Shown here one piece after another: positions 18,438-29,368 of a stretch of 49,337 bases of DNA. Position numbers and translations under genes: made by a program. This stretch comes from an uncultured Bacteroidales bacterium (GTDB taxonomy: Bacteria > Bacteroidota > Bacteroidia > Bacteroidales > UBA12077): the NCBI GenBank assembly GCA_964399175.1, contig CAYNPZ010000004.1, positions 1-49,337 on the forward strand, read 5' to 3'. A model generated the notes under the pieces. The model worked only from the letters and a program-made list of their open reading frames with translations. It was not told the origin of the DNA and made no database searches. How positions within the stretch are numbered: the stretch's first letter is position 1; every line of letters starts with the position of its first letter.

Positions 18438-20378
18438 TTAATTTTTTCCAGACTTCAATTTCTCCAGTTCTGCATGGAGTTTCTCCCATCGGTTCATCTC
18501 CTGCTCATGTTCTTTTTTAAGCTCCTCATATTCTGAAAACAGTTCCTGGTTTTCCACTTTTTCCGGGGAAGCCAGATCTTTTTCCAGCTCTTCCATTTTT
18601 TTCTCGAGTTCCTCAATACGTTGCTCGCAATGGCCTATGTCTTTTTCTACCTTTTTTATTTTCCGGTTTCGTTCCTTTCTTCTTTCATAGCCTCCCCTGG
18701 TCTGCCTGTTTTCTCCCTGCTTCACTCTGTTATTGCTACCTTTGGCAGGTGCATTCAACTCATTCAGCTCCTCCATTTTTTTCTTCTCCAGAAAATCATA
18801 AATTCCGCCGATGTTCTCATTCATATTTCTGTCCTTAAATTCATATACTTTTGAAACAAGGCCATCCATAAAATCACGGTCGTGCGACACAATCAACATT
18901 GTTCCACCAAAATCATTCAAAGCCTGTTTCAGTATTTCTTTCGATTGCATGTCCAGATGATTGGTTGGCTCATCGAGGATCAGCATGTTATAGGGATGCA
19001 ACAACAATCTGGCCAGAGCCAGCCTGGATCTTTCACCGCCGGATAAAACCCTCACTTTCTTATTCACTGCTTCGCCCTCAAAAAGAAAGGCACCCAAAAT
19101 GCCCCGGACTTTTTTACGAGCTTCACCTTCTGCAATATTGTCAAGGGTCTGAAATACTGTCAAATCTTCATCAAGAAGTTCATCCTGATTTTGAGCATAG
19201 TATCCGATGTCAACATGATAACCCACCTTAACGCGTCCCTCATAATCGGTTTGCCCCAGGAGCACTTTGGCCATGGTAGTCTTGCCTTCTCCGTTTCTGC
19301 CAACAAAGGCCACCCGCTCTCCCCTTTCAATCAGAAAATTCACATCATTCAAGACCAGGTTATCCCCGTAATACTTCACAATGTTTTCGGCTTTCAAAAC
19401 TTCCCTGCCTGAGCGGGGTGGTTCGGGAAACCGGATGTTCATCTGCTTGTTGTCTTCTTCATCAACCTGAACCTCCTGCATCTTTTCCAGCTGCTTTATT
19501 CTTGACTGAACAAGAGAGGCTTTATTCGCTTTATACCTGAAACGTTCTATAAATTCTTCAGTCTCTTTGATCTTTTTTTGCTGATTCTTATAGGCAGCCA
19601 TCTGTTGTTGACGAAGATTCTCTCTTTCAATCCTGTATTTAGAGTATGGCAGCTTGAAATCATACAGTTTTCCAAGTGAAAGCTCAAGCGTGCGGTCAGT
19701 TATATTGTCGAGAAATGCCCTGTCGTGAGAGATCAGAATCACCGCCCCAAGAAAATTGATCAGATAACTTTCAAACCACCGTATGGACTCTATATCCAGG
19801 TGATTTGTAGGTTCGTCAAGAAGAAGCACATCGGGTTCATTCAGCAAAATCTTAGCAAGTTCCACCCGCATCTTCCATCCTCCACTGAAAACGGATAATG
19901 GCTGATTCAGATCATCCTGGTTAAAGCCGAGGCCGGTCAAGGTTCGTTCTATGTCAGATTCAATCTTATCTCCACCCAATAAATGATATTTTTCAGTCTT
20001 GGTTTTCAAGTCATCCAAAATACGACTGTATTCCTCAGAATGGTAATCTTCCCTTTCTGCTACCTCCTTGTTTAAATTCTGAATATCCCCATGCAAGCTG
20101 GAAATTTGCTCCAGGGAATTGAAAACAGACAAATATACCGTCTGATCATCTTGATGTATTATCTCCTGAGGCAAATAACCAATTTTAATTTCCGATGATA
20201 TGTTAACGTTGCCCTCAGTAGGCTCTATATCCCCATGAATAATCTTTAAAAGGGTACTCTTACCCGAACCATTGTTACCCACCAGACCAGACTTCTCCTT
20301 TTGTCGTAACATAAAAGATACATCTCCGAATAAAAGCTTTCCATCGTATTCCAAACGCACATTTTCCAGTGAGATCAT
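18438..20378 (-). CDS. ABC-F family ATP-binding protein
   Basis: Two ABC domains (GNNGSGKST, FSGGWKMR, LLLDEPTNHLD; GRNGEGKTT, LSGGERSR), inter-ABC linker, C-terminal coiled coil, no TM. Confidence 0.93.
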   Translation of the reverse strand: MISLENVRLEYDGKLLFGDVSFMLRQKEKSGLVGNNGSGKSTLLKIIHGDIEPTEGNVNISSEIKIGYLPQEIIHQDDQTVYLSVFNSLEQISSLHGDIQNLNKEVAEREDYHSEEYSRILDDLKTKTEKYHLLGGDKIESDIERTLTGLGFNQDDLNQPLSVFSGGWKMRVELAKILLNEPDVLLLDEPTNHLDIESIRWFESYLINFLGAVILISHDRAFLDNITDRTLELSLGKLYDFKLPYSKYRIERENLRQQQMAAYKNQQKKIKETEEFIERFRYKANKASLVQSRIKQLEKMQEVQVDEEDNKQMNIRFPEPPRSGREVLKAENIVKYYGDNLVLNDVNFLIERGERVAFVGRNGEGKTTMAKVLLGQTDYEGRVKVGYHVDIGYYAQNQDELLDEDLTVFQTLDNIAEGEARKKVRGILGAFLFEGEAVNKKVRVLSGGERSRLALARLLLHPYNMLILDEPTNHLDMQSKEILKQALNDFGGTMLIVSHDRDFMDGLVSKVYEFKDRNMNENIGGIYDFLEKKKMEELNELNAPAKGSNNRVKQGENRQTRGGYERRKERNRKIKKVEKDIGHCEQRIEELEKKMEELEKDLASPEKVENQELFSEYEELKKEHEQEMNRWEKLHAELEKLKSGKN

Positions 20379-20560
20379 AAATTCTCTTTTTCCTTTAATT
20401 TATTCACTTCCTTTAGCTATACATTTCATTCATATATTCTCCTGTTGCATCTCAGGTAATCATAATTTAATTGCCCCTTTTTGCTTAAATTTTCAAAGAT
20501 AGAAAAATTTCACGGATATCTGGTTGACAAGAAATTAAAATAGAAAATTGCATGAGGTGT

Positions 20561-20609
20561 AAAAAAGAAAAAAACCCAAAAGATGCAATTTTGGGTTTTT
20601 TTTCTTTTT
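20561..20609 (-). terminator. Terminator hairpin after the LytTR regulator
   Basis: AAAAAAGAAAAAAACCCAAAA-GATGCAA-TTTTGGGTTTTTTTTCTTTTT. Confidence 0.65.
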
Positions 20610-20625
20610 ATTTATCAAAAGTCAA

Positions 20626-21336
20626 TTATTTTCCTATCAGATTGAGTTCTTTCAAAAATTTCTCCTTATAGGCTTTACCGATTGGAATATTTTTTTCTCC
20701 ACGTTTTGAATCGATGATCACATAATTGTCTTCAATCCGATCGATGTTCCTTATGTTCACTATATATGACCTGTGAACCCTTTTAAACTGATCATCAGGC
20801 AACTGATTGATAATGGATTTCATCGTAAAATGAATTGTAAACTTCTGGTCATAGGAATTGATGACTACATAATTCTCCATTGCCTCGACCCAAAGAATGT
20901 CTTCGTATTTCAGCCTGACCAATGCTGAATCCTTTTTTATGAATATTTCATTGCTTCCCTGTTTCTGCTCTCCTGATACGCTGAGATTGTCTCTTGCTTT
21001 GGTTGCTGCCTTGTAAAACCGGCTAAATGTAATGGGCTTCAGTAAGTAATCCACCACGTCATAATCAAATGCCTGCAGAGCATATTTCTCCTGTGATGAA
21101 ATAATAATGATCTGAGGCAGATCTTTTACCGTATTCAGGAAATCGATCCCTGACATTTCAGGCATTTCAATATCCAGAAAAATCAGATCGATGTCGTCAT
21201 CACTGACATTGATGGTATTGATCGCCTCAACCGCATCATGGAATGTATATTTCAAATCAAGAAAGTCGGTCCTGTTTACGAATTCCTCCACAACTCTAAG
21301 GGATAGAGGATCATCATCAATAATAATACAATTCAT
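20626..21336 (-). CDS. LytTR family response regulator
   Basis: CIIIDDD, FLDIEMPEMSG, DYLLKP, FKRVHRSYIVN. Confidence 0.93.
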   Translation of the reverse strand: MNCIIIDDDPLSLRVVEEFVNRTDFLDLKYTFHDAVEAINTINVSDDDIDLIFLDIEMPEMSGIDFLNTVKDLPQIIIISSQEKYALQAFDYDVVDYLLKPITFSRFYKAATKARDNLSVSGEQKQGSNEIFIKKDSALVRLKYEDILWVEAMENYVVINSYDQKFTIHFTMKSIINQLPDDQFKRVHRSYIVNIRNIDRIEDNYVIIDSKRGEKNIPIGKAYKEKFLKELNLIGK

Positions 21337-21399
21337 AACACATTGCTTTTTTCGAACTTATAAATATAATATATTTTATTGAACTACGAAAAAAATTGA

Positions 21400-22080
21400 T
21401 TAATGGTTCGTTTTATTGGACAAAATTTTCTTGATAATCAAATCGGACCGTTTAATGGACCTTTTGAGCCATTCCAGTTTTATTGACAATTTCTCCGGTT
21501 CGGTAAGCTTCCAGTCAAGGTTAGATTTTTTCAGTTTTTCTTTCAGCTGATAAAGTATAATAGCGGCTGATACAGATATATTGTAGCTTTCCGTAAATCC
21601 GTACATCGGGATTCGCAGAAATTCCTCGGCCATATCAAGGGCTGTTTGTGAAAGGCCCCTCATTTCCGTTCCAAAGAAAAGAGCCACTTTACCATCCTCA
21701 ATCCGAAAATCCGGTAGTTCAACTTCTTTCTTATGAGGAGTGGTGGCTACTATCCGATAATTTTCAGATTTAAGAAATTGAATGGCTTCTTTTGTGTTGT
21801 TGGAGCTCTGATTGTATCTTATCAGATTTAGCCATTTCGAAGCCCCCAGTGCTACATCCGGGTTGACGCGATACTCGTTGCTGTTTTCAATAATATGAGC
21901 ATCCTGCAGCCCAAAACAATCCATTGAACGGAGAACAGCGCTTGCATTATGTGGTTGATAAATATCTTCCAAAGCAACAGCAATATACCTTGTCCTGTGC
22001 TCCAATACCCTGTCAAACAAGGTCAATCTTTCAGGTGTTACATATTCTGACAGATATTCTACAAGCTTTTTTGTCTCCAT
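21400..22080 (-). CDS. trmH: TrmH/SpoU family RNA methyltransferase (likely tRNA Gm18)
   Basis: EDIYQPHNASAVLRS, FGTEMRG, IPMYGFTESYNISV; start moved to ATG 22080 (or 22086) because the longer ORF begins inside the HU terminator. Confidence 0.8.
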   Translation of the reverse strand: METKKLVEYLSEYVTPERLTLFDRVLEHRTRYIAVALEDIYQPHNASAVLRSMDCFGLQDAHIIENSNEYRVNPDVALGASKWLNLIRYNQSSNNTKEAIQFLKSENYRIVATTPHKKEVELPDFRIEDGKVALFFGTEMRGLSQTALDMAEEFLRIPMYGFTESYNISVSAAIILYQLKEKLKKSNLDWKLTEPEKLSIKLEWLKRSIKRSDLIIKKILSNKTNH

Positions 22081-22093
22081 ACCCATCTCAATT

Positions 22094-22130
22094 AAAAAGA
22101 AAAGGGAGCACAAATGTACTCCCTTTTCTT
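22094..22130 (-). terminator. Rho-independent terminator of the HU gene
   Basis: Minus strand AAGAAAAGGGAGTAC-ATTT-GTGCTCCCTTTTCTTTTT. Confidence 0.75.
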
Positions 22131-22157
22131 CGATAGAGAAAATGTTCTTCAGTTTTT

Positions 22158-22430
22158 TTACTGAACAGCCTCTGAAAGATCAGATCCTGGCTTAAATTTA
22201 ACCACATTCTTTGCTTTAATGGTAATTGGCTTACCAGTTTGCGGATTTCTACCGGTTCTTTGACTTCTTCTGGCTACTGAGAAAGAACCAAATCCAACTA
22301 AAGCAACTCTTTCACCTTTCTTAAGAGACTTAGTAGTTGCGTTTACGAAAGCATCTAAAGCTTTCTTTGCGTCCGCCTTTGTTAAATTGGCGTCCTTTGC
22401 GATTTCGTCGATTAATTCTGCTTTGTTCAT
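22158..22430 (-). CDS. hup: DNA-binding protein HU
   Basis: [30 protein letters not shown]. Confidence 0.96.
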   Translation of the reverse strand: MNKAELIDEIAKDANLTKADAKKALDAFVNATTKSLKKGERVALVGFGSFSVARRSQRTGRNPQTGKPITIKAKNVVKFKPGSDLSEAVQ

Positions 22431-22869
22431 AATTAACTGTTTTTAGGGTTAGTAATTAAAATTTATACAAAAATAGCATTTCTCTTGACTTTTAAAAATT
22501 CATAACTTACAAATCTTGATTTGATGACCAATTTACGAATTTATAGGATAAAGATGCAAATTTTTTTAATAAAATTCAAAAGAAAATCACAAAAAAAAAT
22601 CTCATTTCTAGCGAATTAAACTTAGATTGTTCTCATAATGCGGTGATTAACAATCAAATATCGGGAACTCTTGTACCATCAAATATGAATAATTTTTTTT
22701 TCAACAACCTCCTTATTTTTTGTTGAAAACTCAACCAGCAAAAAAAATTTAACAGTTTTTTACCGCTCTTAAAATTGGAAAACCGTCTGTATTGGTTATT
22801 ATACGTGCATTTTAGCAGAAAATACAGAACTCTAATGTAAAATATATTGAAATTCAATACTTTGTATTT

Positions 22870-23547
22870 TCATCTAACTTTTTGAAGGAAAAAATCCCAT
22901 AAATTATCCTTAGGTGGATCAGCTATAATGGATATGGTTCTTTTCTGAACCGGATGGATAAAACTTATCTGTCGGGCATGAAGCGAGATGCCCCCATTCT
23001 TATTGCTTCTGGGAAATCCATATTTCAGATCGCCCTTGATGGGTGAACCGATTCTGGAAAGCTGACTTCTGATCTGATGATGCCGCCCCGTTTCAGGTCT
23101 GATCTCCAACAAATGATACCTGTCGGAAGATGCAAGTATTTTATAGGTGAGTACGGCTTGTTTTGAATCTTTTCGGGGCTCATCGTAAGAAAAAGATTTA
23201 TTCTTTTGAGAATTGCGGACAAGATAATGCTTCAGGTATCCATGGGGCAGTTCAGGGGGATGTTTTACAATGGTCCAGTAGATTTTATCTACGCTTTTTT
23301 CTTTAAACAACCTGTTGATTCTTGATAAGGACTTGCTTGTTTTGGCAAACAGAACAACTCCGCTTACAGGCCTGTCTAACCGATGGGTTACTCCTAAATA
23401 AACATTACCGGGCTTATTGTACTTCTCTTTTAAATACTGCTTGACCTGCTGATCAAGTGATATATCACCGGTGTGGTCACCCTGGACCAGATCATTACCC
23501 GATTTGTTTACTGCTATAAGGTGATTGTCCTCATAAAGGACTTCCAT
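22870..23547 (-). CDS. RluA family pseudouridine synthase
   Basis: YEDNHLIAVNK, HRLDRPVSG, TGRHHQIR, GDLKYG, LHA. Confidence 0.92.
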   Translation of the reverse strand: MEVLYEDNHLIAVNKSGNDLVQGDHTGDISLDQQVKQYLKEKYNKPGNVYLGVTHRLDRPVSGVVLFAKTSKSLSRINRLFKEKSVDKIYWTIVKHPPELPHGYLKHYLVRNSQKNKSFSYDEPRKDSKQAVLTYKILASSDRYHLLEIRPETGRHHQIRSQLSRIGSPIKGDLKYGFPRSNKNGGISLHARQISFIHPVQKRTISIIADPPKDNLWDFFLQKVR

Positions 23548-23558
23548 ACAATTTATCT

Positions 23559-24374
23559 TTAATACTGTTCCTTCTCATTTGGAAAATCTTCGTTTTTTAC
23601 ATCCTGGATATATGACTGAACAGATCCCAGTATTTCCTCATATAAATTATGATAGCGACGGAGGAATCGGGGTGAAAAATCCTGGTTGATGCCCAGCATA
23701 TCGTGCAGAACCAGGACCTGGCCATCCACATATTTGCCTGCCCCAATACCGATGACAGGAATTGTCAGTTCTTCAGCAACGCGGGCTGAAAGATTGGCGG
23801 GAACTTTTTCCAGGACTATTGAAAAGCATCCTGCTTTTTCAAGGATATGGGCATCTTCGATCAGCTTATTGGCTTCATCCTCTTCAGTTGCCCTGACCAC
23901 ATAGGTTCCGAATTTGTGAATGGACTGCGGTGTCAAACCCAGATGACCCATTACAGGAATACCTGCGGAAAGAATGCGCTTAACCGATTCTTCTATTTCG
24001 CTTCCTCCTTCGATCTTAACAGCATGTCCTCCGGTTTCTTTCATAATCCGAATGGCCGACATAAGTGCTTCCTTGGAATTCCCCTGATAAGAACCAAAAG
24101 GAAGGTCAACTAAGACAAAAGCCCTTTTTACAGCTCTAACCACTGATTTAGCATGATATATCATTTCATCAAGGGTTATAGGAAGAGTGGTTTCATTTCC
24201 AGCCATTACATTTGAAGCAGAATCACCCACCAGTATTACGTCGATTTCAGCTTTATCCAGTATACGGGCCATAGAATAGTCATAGGCGGTAAGCATAGAG
24301 ATTTTCTCTTTCCTGAGCTTCATCTCATGCAAAACGTGGGTGGTGACTTTTTTAACCTTTTTGGTCGACGACAT
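23559..24374 (-). CDS. panB: 3-methyl-2-oxobutanoate hydroxymethyltransferase
   Basis: [44 protein letters not shown]. Confidence 0.96.
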   Translation of the reverse strand: MSSTKKVKKVTTHVLHEMKLRKEKISMLTAYDYSMARILDKAEIDVILVGDSASNVMAGNETTLPITLDEMIYHAKSVVRAVKRAFVLVDLPFGSYQGNSKEALMSAIRIMKETGGHAVKIEGGSEIEESVKRILSAGIPVMGHLGLTPQSIHKFGTYVVRATEEDEANKLIEDAHILEKAGCFSIVLEKVPANLSARVAEELTIPVIGIGAGKYVDGQVLVLHDMLGINQDFSPRFLRRYHNLYEEILGSVQSYIQDVKNEDFPNEKEQY

Positions 24375-24457
24375 AATAGGTAAAATTTATAATTCAAATC
24401 TTTCGACAAATCTAAAAATAAAAACAATCCATTATCACAATATTTCCTTACATATTA

Positions 24458-24558
24458 TGACAGTTTGTCACTGAACTGTAAAACACACTTAATAATGCTG
24501 TAAATCAGCAATTTTCTCTTCCCCGACAAAGCAAAAAAAAATATGGCACAATCATTGG
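24458..24558 (+). promoter_or_regulatory. Palindrome plus sigma54-like -24/-12 element upstream of dnaK
   Basis: TGACA-GTT-TGTCA at 24458-24470; TGGCACAATCATTGG at 24544-24558 (GG-N10-GG versus consensus GG-N10-GC). Confidence 0.55.
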
Positions 24559-24608
24559 ATAAACATCCACGGAAAATAAAAAGTTGAATCAAAAATAAAT
24601 AGAAAAAA

Positions 24609-26543
24609 ATGGGTAAAATAATAGGAATAGACTTAGGAACTACCAATTCATGTGTCGCTGTAATGGAGGGCAACGAGCCGGTTGTTATTCCTAACAGTGA
24701 AGGAAAAAGGACCACGCCTTCCATGGTGGCATTCGTGGAAAACGGTGAAAGAAAAATTGGTGATCCGGCTAAAAGACAAGCCATAACCAATTCACAAAAT
24801 ACCGTTTCCTCTATTAAGCGATTCATGGGGAGAAGTTATGATGAAGTGCAGCAAGAAATCAAACAGGTATCATATGAGGTTGTCAAAGGTGACAATAACA
24901 CGCCCCGGATTAAGATTGAAGACAGAAAATATACACCGCAGGAGTTATCCGCTATGGTCGTTCAGAAGATGAAAAAAACTGCGGAAGATTATCTGGGGCA
25001 GGAAGTAACTGAAGCCGTCGTTACCGTTCCCGCTTATTTCAACGATTCACAAAGACAAGCCACCAAAGAGGCCGGCGAAATTTCCGGGCTTGAAGTCAAA
25101 CGTATTATCAACGAGCCAACTGCTGCTTCATTGGCATACGGCCTGGACAAGCAGGAAAAAGATCAGCGTGTAGCCGTATTTGACCTGGGTGGCGGTACAT
25201 TTGACATCTCCATTCTTGAATTGGGAGAAGGTGTTTTTGAAGTAAAATCCACCTATGGAGATACCCACCTGGGCGGCGATGATTTTGACCAGGTACTTAT
25301 TGATTGGCTGGCAGAGGAATTCAAAAACGAGCAAGGCGTAGATCTGAAACAAGATCCCATGGCAGTTCAGCGACTGAAAGAAGCTGCTGAAAAGGCAAAG
25401 ATTGAACTGTCCAGCGCTACCCAAACAGAAATTAATCTGCCTTATATCATGCCGGTTGAAGGTGTTCCCAAACACCTTGTCAAGAAGCTTTCAAGATCCA
25501 AGTTTGAGCAACTTGTGGATCATCTGGTACAAAAAACCGTTGACCCTTGTAAGAAGGCATTGAGCGATGCCGGTTATGAAGCCAAGGATATCGATGAAGT
25601 CATCCTTGTTGGAGGATCAACACGGATTCCGGCCATCCAGCAAACAGTGGAGCAAATCTTCAACAGGAAGCCCTCGAAAGGGGTTAATCCCGACGAAGTT
25701 GTAGCCATCGGAGCAGCCATCCAGGGCGGTGTATTAGGTGGAGATGTAAAAGACGTACTGCTGCTTGACGTAACTCCGCTTTCACTGGGTATTGAAACAA
25801 TGGGTGGTGTATTCACCAAGCTCATCGAAGCCAACACAACCATCCCAACCAGAAAATCTGAGGTCTTTACAACAGCGGCAGACAATCAGTCATCTGTTGA
25901 GATCCATGTGCTGCAGGGTGAAAGACCCATGGCTAAAGACAACAAGTCAATCGGGCGTTTCCACCTGGATGGAATTCCACCGGCACCGAGAGGCGTACCA
26001 CAAATTGAAGTAACCTTCGATATTGACGCCAACGGTATATTGAATGTCTCGGCTAAGGATAAATCCACCGGAAAAGAACAAAGCATCCGCATTGAAGCTT
26101 CTTCAGGATTGAGTGAAGAAGAAATTAACAAGATGAAGGAAGAAGCCAAGCAACACGAAGAAGAAGACAAACAGAGGAAAGAACAGGCTGAGAAGTATAA
26201 CAAAGCCGACAGCCTGATCTTCCAAACTGAAAAACAGCTGAATGAATTCGGAGATAAAATATCCGAAGACAAGAAAAAACCAATACAGGATGCACTTGAA
26301 AAGCTGAAAGAAGCTCATAAGAATGAAAAATACGATGAGCTTGATCAGAGAATGGAAGATCTGAACAACGCCTGGCACGCAGCTTCTCAGGAAATATACA
26401 ACGCACAGCAACAAACTTCCGGTGGTCAGCAAACCACAGGAGGCGGTCAGGAGACCTCAGGACAACAAGGCGGTTCCTCCTCCGGTAAAAATGACAATGA
26501 CGACGGGGAAGTAACCGATGTAGACTTTGAAGAGGTTAAATAA
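24609..26543 (+). CDS. dnaK: Chaperone DnaK (Hsp70)
   Basis: [35 protein letters not shown]-terminal DVDFEEVK. Confidence 0.99.
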   Translation: MGKIIGIDLGTTNSCVAVMEGNEPVVIPNSEGKRTTPSMVAFVENGERKIGDPAKRQAITNSQNTVSSIKRFMGRSYDEVQQEIKQVSYEVVKGDNNTPRIKIEDRKYTPQELSAMVVQKMKKTAEDYLGQEVTEAVVTVPAYFNDSQRQATKEAGEISGLEVKRIINEPTAASLAYGLDKQEKDQRVAVFDLGGGTFDISILELGEGVFEVKSTYGDTHLGGDDFDQVLIDWLAEEFKNEQGVDLKQDPMAVQRLKEAAEKAKIELSSATQTEINLPYIMPVEGVPKHLVKKLSRSKFEQLVDHLVQKTVDPCKKALSDAGYEAKDIDEVILVGGSTRIPAIQQTVEQIFNRKPSKGVNPDEVVAIGAAIQGGVLGGDVKDVLLLDVTPLSLGIETMGGVFTKLIEANTTIPTRKSEVFTTAADNQSSVEIHVLQGERPMAKDNKSIGRFHLDGIPPAPRGVPQIEVTFDIDANGILNVSAKDKSTGKEQSIRIEASSGLSEEEINKMKEEAKQHEEEDKQRKEQAEKYNKADSLIFQTEKQLNEFGDKISEDKKKPIQDALEKLKEAHKNEKYDELDQRMEDLNNAWHAASQEIYNAQQQTSGGQQTTGGGQETSGQQGGSSSGKNDNDDGEVTDVDFEEVK

Positions 26544-26564
26544 AAAACAACAATAGCTTTTCAC

Positions 26565-26604
26565 AAATAAAAGGCTGTCTGGAAAAAGACAGCCTTTTAT
26601 TTTT
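26565..26604 (+). terminator. Rho-independent terminator of dnaK
   Basis: AAATAAAAGGCTGTCT-GGAAA-AGACAGCCTTTTATTT followed by T run. Confidence 0.8.
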
Positions 26605-26667
26605 CCTCCCAATATAAAATATTCATATAATGTTTTATAATTTTGCGCTGAAAACAACAGTACTGCT

Positions 26668-27471
26668 ATGGTAAATATAAGACTCTGGATCATTCTGTTC
26701 ATGCTGATCAGCGTTAACGGTTTATCCCAGAACAATCAAGACATAAACCAGGTTGACGAACAAGGGCAAAAGCACGGTGTGTGGATAAAAAAATATACCA
26801 ACGGACAAACCCGATATAAAGGCAAATTCAATCACGGAACGCCCACCGGTAAATTTAAAAGATATTTCCCAAACGGAGAATTAATGGCCATCATGTACCA
26901 CCGCACCGATAGCGCTGTTTATGCAAAGCTCTACAATAAAAAAGGAAAGAAAAGAGCTGAAGGAAAATACATCAATAAAACAAAGGATAGCACATGGGTT
27001 TTCTATGGACCTGAGGGAAATATCATCCTTAAAGAAAATTTCAATATGGGAAAAAGAAATGGCAAATCGGTCAGATTTTATTCCAACGGGGATACGTCAC
27101 AGATTACTACCTATCAAAACGGTATGAAACATGGCATTTTCAAACAATATTTTTCCAACGGGAAGTTGAAAATTCTGGCACAATATCAAAAAAATGAGCT
27201 GGATGGCCATGTAACCATATTTGCACCCAACGGACGTAAGGAGGTAGAAGGTCTTTACAGGGATAATCTGAGACAGGGAAAATGGTTGTATTATGAAGGT
27301 ATTAATGACACAGCACAGGTAATGGAATATAAAAACGGAGAACCATTGAATGAAGATTCGCTTGAGCTGCAGGAATCCAGAGAAATTATCCGCCTGGAAA
27401 ACAACAAGGGAAAATTTGGAGATCCGCGGAAGGAATTGATGCCTGGACGCAGAAGGCAACCAAGACAATGA
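26668..27471 (+). CDS. Exported MORN-variant repeat protein (YwqK-like)
   Basis: Signal peptide and repeated GxWxxYxxNG / GxxxxYFxNG units. Confidence 0.85.
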   Translation: MVNIRLWIILFMLISVNGLSQNNQDINQVDEQGQKHGVWIKKYTNGQTRYKGKFNHGTPTGKFKRYFPNGELMAIMYHRTDSAVYAKLYNKKGKKRAEGKYINKTKDSTWVFYGPEGNIILKENFNMGKRNGKSVRFYSNGDTSQITTYQNGMKHGIFKQYFSNGKLKILAQYQKNELDGHVTIFAPNGRKEVEGLYRDNLRQGKWLYYEGINDTAQVMEYKNGEPLNEDSLELQESREIIRLENNKGKFGDPRKELMPGRRRQPRQ

Positions 27472-27694
27472 ATGGTCAGGCAATATACCTCACCACTGAT
27501 TCTTATGTAATATATTTATCAGAGAAAGGACCTGAAGAAAAATTCCATTATGACCAAAAAGAGCAATCCCAAAATTTTTCCGCAGTTTTAATTACGGAAG
27601 AAACAGCAATTAACTACATCGGTTTAAAATCCTCGGTAGTGCTGTTAATTCTTCGTAAATTTCGCCCTTTAAAATTGGTGTAACCAAATCAGCC

Positions 27695-29356
27695 ATGAAA
27701 AAATACCATTGGATACTGTTTGTTTTCTTTATATTGATTGTCCCCGAATTATATGGTCAAAGCTCCCGGTTTCTCATTGAATTCACCGATAAAGATACTG
27801 CTTTCAATTCCTTCAGTCTTGACCGGCCTGAAGAATTTCTGTCAAAAAAAGCAATTGAACGAAGAAAAAGATACAACATTCCCCTTGAACTTTCCGATCT
27901 CCCTCTATCACCAAGATACGTAGACAGCCTTAAACCATTGTTAGGTAACATACAGAACCGGACGAAATGGATGAATGCCCTTGTAGCGGAAGTGGATTCC
28001 GTTTTTCTTGATACAGTGCGTAAATTCGGTTTTGTCGAAAAGCTAAAATATCTGGCTCCTGCATCCCCCGGCAATTCAAAAGAAAACAACAATGGAATTC
28101 AGGGCAAAGACACCTCTAAAATCAAGGCCGAAAAGATGGTTACCGACTCCGCTTTTTACGGATATTCCTGGGAACCAGTTAGTATGTTAAACGGCCACCT
28201 TCTCCATGAGAATAACCATCGGGGTGAAAATATGGTAATAGCCGTCCTTGATGCAGGCTTCAGAAATGTAGACAAGCTGCCGGTATTCAATTATATCCGG
28301 ATGAACGACCAGATCCTCGGAGTCCGGGATTTTGAAGACAATGATGGGGAGGTATATGACACCCATTCCCACGGGACAATGGTACTCTCTCTAATGGCAG
28401 GAAATATCCCGGAATTATACGTAGGTACAGCCCCCGAGGCCAAATATTGGCTATTGAGAACCGAAGTAGGCGGTTCTGAATATCTGGTAGAGGAATATAA
28501 CTGGATTGCTGCTGCAGAATTTGCCGACAGTGCAGGTGCCGATATCATTAATTCATCGCTGGGATACACAACATTTGACGATACTACCCAAAGCCATTCC
28601 TTTCAGGATCTTGACGGGGACACTGCTCCCATTTCCCGGGCCGCATCATTAGCTGCCTCTAAAGGAATGCTGGTAATCTCAAGCGCAGGCAACCTGGGAG
28701 ACAATAGCTGGCAGCATATTTCTGCCCCGGCGGATGCAGACAGCATCATCACTGTAGGTTCAGTAGGACCCAACAAAAATTATGCATTCTTCAGCTCGAC
28801 CGGTCCGACCTACGATGGCAGGATAAAACCGGATCTGGCAGCCCAGGGAGTAGCCAACATAGTACAGCATGTCGACAGCTCATTCGTCATAGCCAACGGC
28901 ACCTCCTTCTCGGCTCCCATCATTTCAGGCCTGGCGGCATGCCTGTGGCAAAAATTCCCGGAACTCAGCAATATGGAATTGATGGAAAAACTATACAGAA
29001 GCGGACATCGATATGCCAATCCTGACACGCTGATCGGATATGGAATCCCCAATTTAGCAAGGGCCGGAGAGATAAAAATTGAAGACCTCGACAGATCATC
29101 GGTAAAAATATTTCCCAATCCTTTCAAAAACCACTTCTATATAAGCATACCCGCTGTTCGCCTGGGGGAAAACCCTATTTTTCTTGAAATATACGACATG
29201 ATGGGAAGAAAAGTCTATAATGAAAAATTTTCAAAATCGGTAAGAGGCAACCATATACGAATCAATGCGCTATCTGAAAATCCCTCAGGAATCTACCTTA
29301 TAAAACTAAGGTTAAAATCAGGTTACGTAATCAAACAAAAAATGGTTAAGTATTAA
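27695..29356 (+). CDS. S8 (subtilisin) serine peptidase with T9SS C-terminal sorting domain
   Basis: Signal peptide; triad VLDAG, HGTMVLS, NGTSFSAP; SAGN oxyanion motif; CTD IFPNP...IYDMMGRKV...GIYLIKL...KMVK. Confidence 0.92.
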   Translation: MKKYHWILFVFFILIVPELYGQSSRFLIEFTDKDTAFNSFSLDRPEEFLSKKAIERRKRYNIPLELSDLPLSPRYVDSLKPLLGNIQNRTKWMNALVAEVDSVFLDTVRKFGFVEKLKYLAPASPGNSKENNNGIQGKDTSKIKAEKMVTDSAFYGYSWEPVSMLNGHLLHENNHRGENMVIAVLDAGFRNVDKLPVFNYIRMNDQILGVRDFEDNDGEVYDTHSHGTMVLSLMAGNIPELYVGTAPEAKYWLLRTEVGGSEYLVEEYNWIAAAEFADSAGADIINSSLGYTTFDDTTQSHSFQDLDGDTAPISRAASLAASKGMLVISSAGNLGDNSWQHISAPADADSIITVGSVGPNKNYAFFSSTGPTYDGRIKPDLAAQGVANIVQHVDSSFVIANGTSFSAPIISGLAACLWQKFPELSNMELMEKLYRSGHRYANPDTLIGYGIPNLARAGEIKIEDLDRSSVKIFPNPFKNHFYISIPAVRLGENPIFLEIYDMMGRKVYNEKFSKSVRGNHIRINALSENPSGIYLIKLRLKSGYVIKQKMVKY

Positions 29357-29368
29357 AGGGGACTGGCT

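Noticed and set aside
22162-22173. 12-nt match (TGAACAGCCTCT) to the MITE terminal repeat
   Set aside because: Lies within the HU coding sequence (SEAVQ) with no partner repeat; likely chance
22654-22857. 67-aa ORF in the AT-rich gap between the RluA-like gene and HU
   Set aside because: F/K/L/N-rich composition typical of random AT-rich DNA; no motif
17604-23547. Cluster of translation/RNA-modification genes as a dedicated system
   Set aside because: Ordinary housekeeping genes separated by terminators and their own promoters; nothing indicates a joint function
26405-26485. QQTSGG-like repeats in the DnaK tail
   Set aside because: Low-complexity G/Q-rich C-terminal linkers are normal for DnaK
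26668-27471. Toxin-antitoxin module implied by a YwqK-like label
   Set aside because: No toxin gene is adjacent; exported MORN-variant proteins are common stand-alone genes in Bacteroidota
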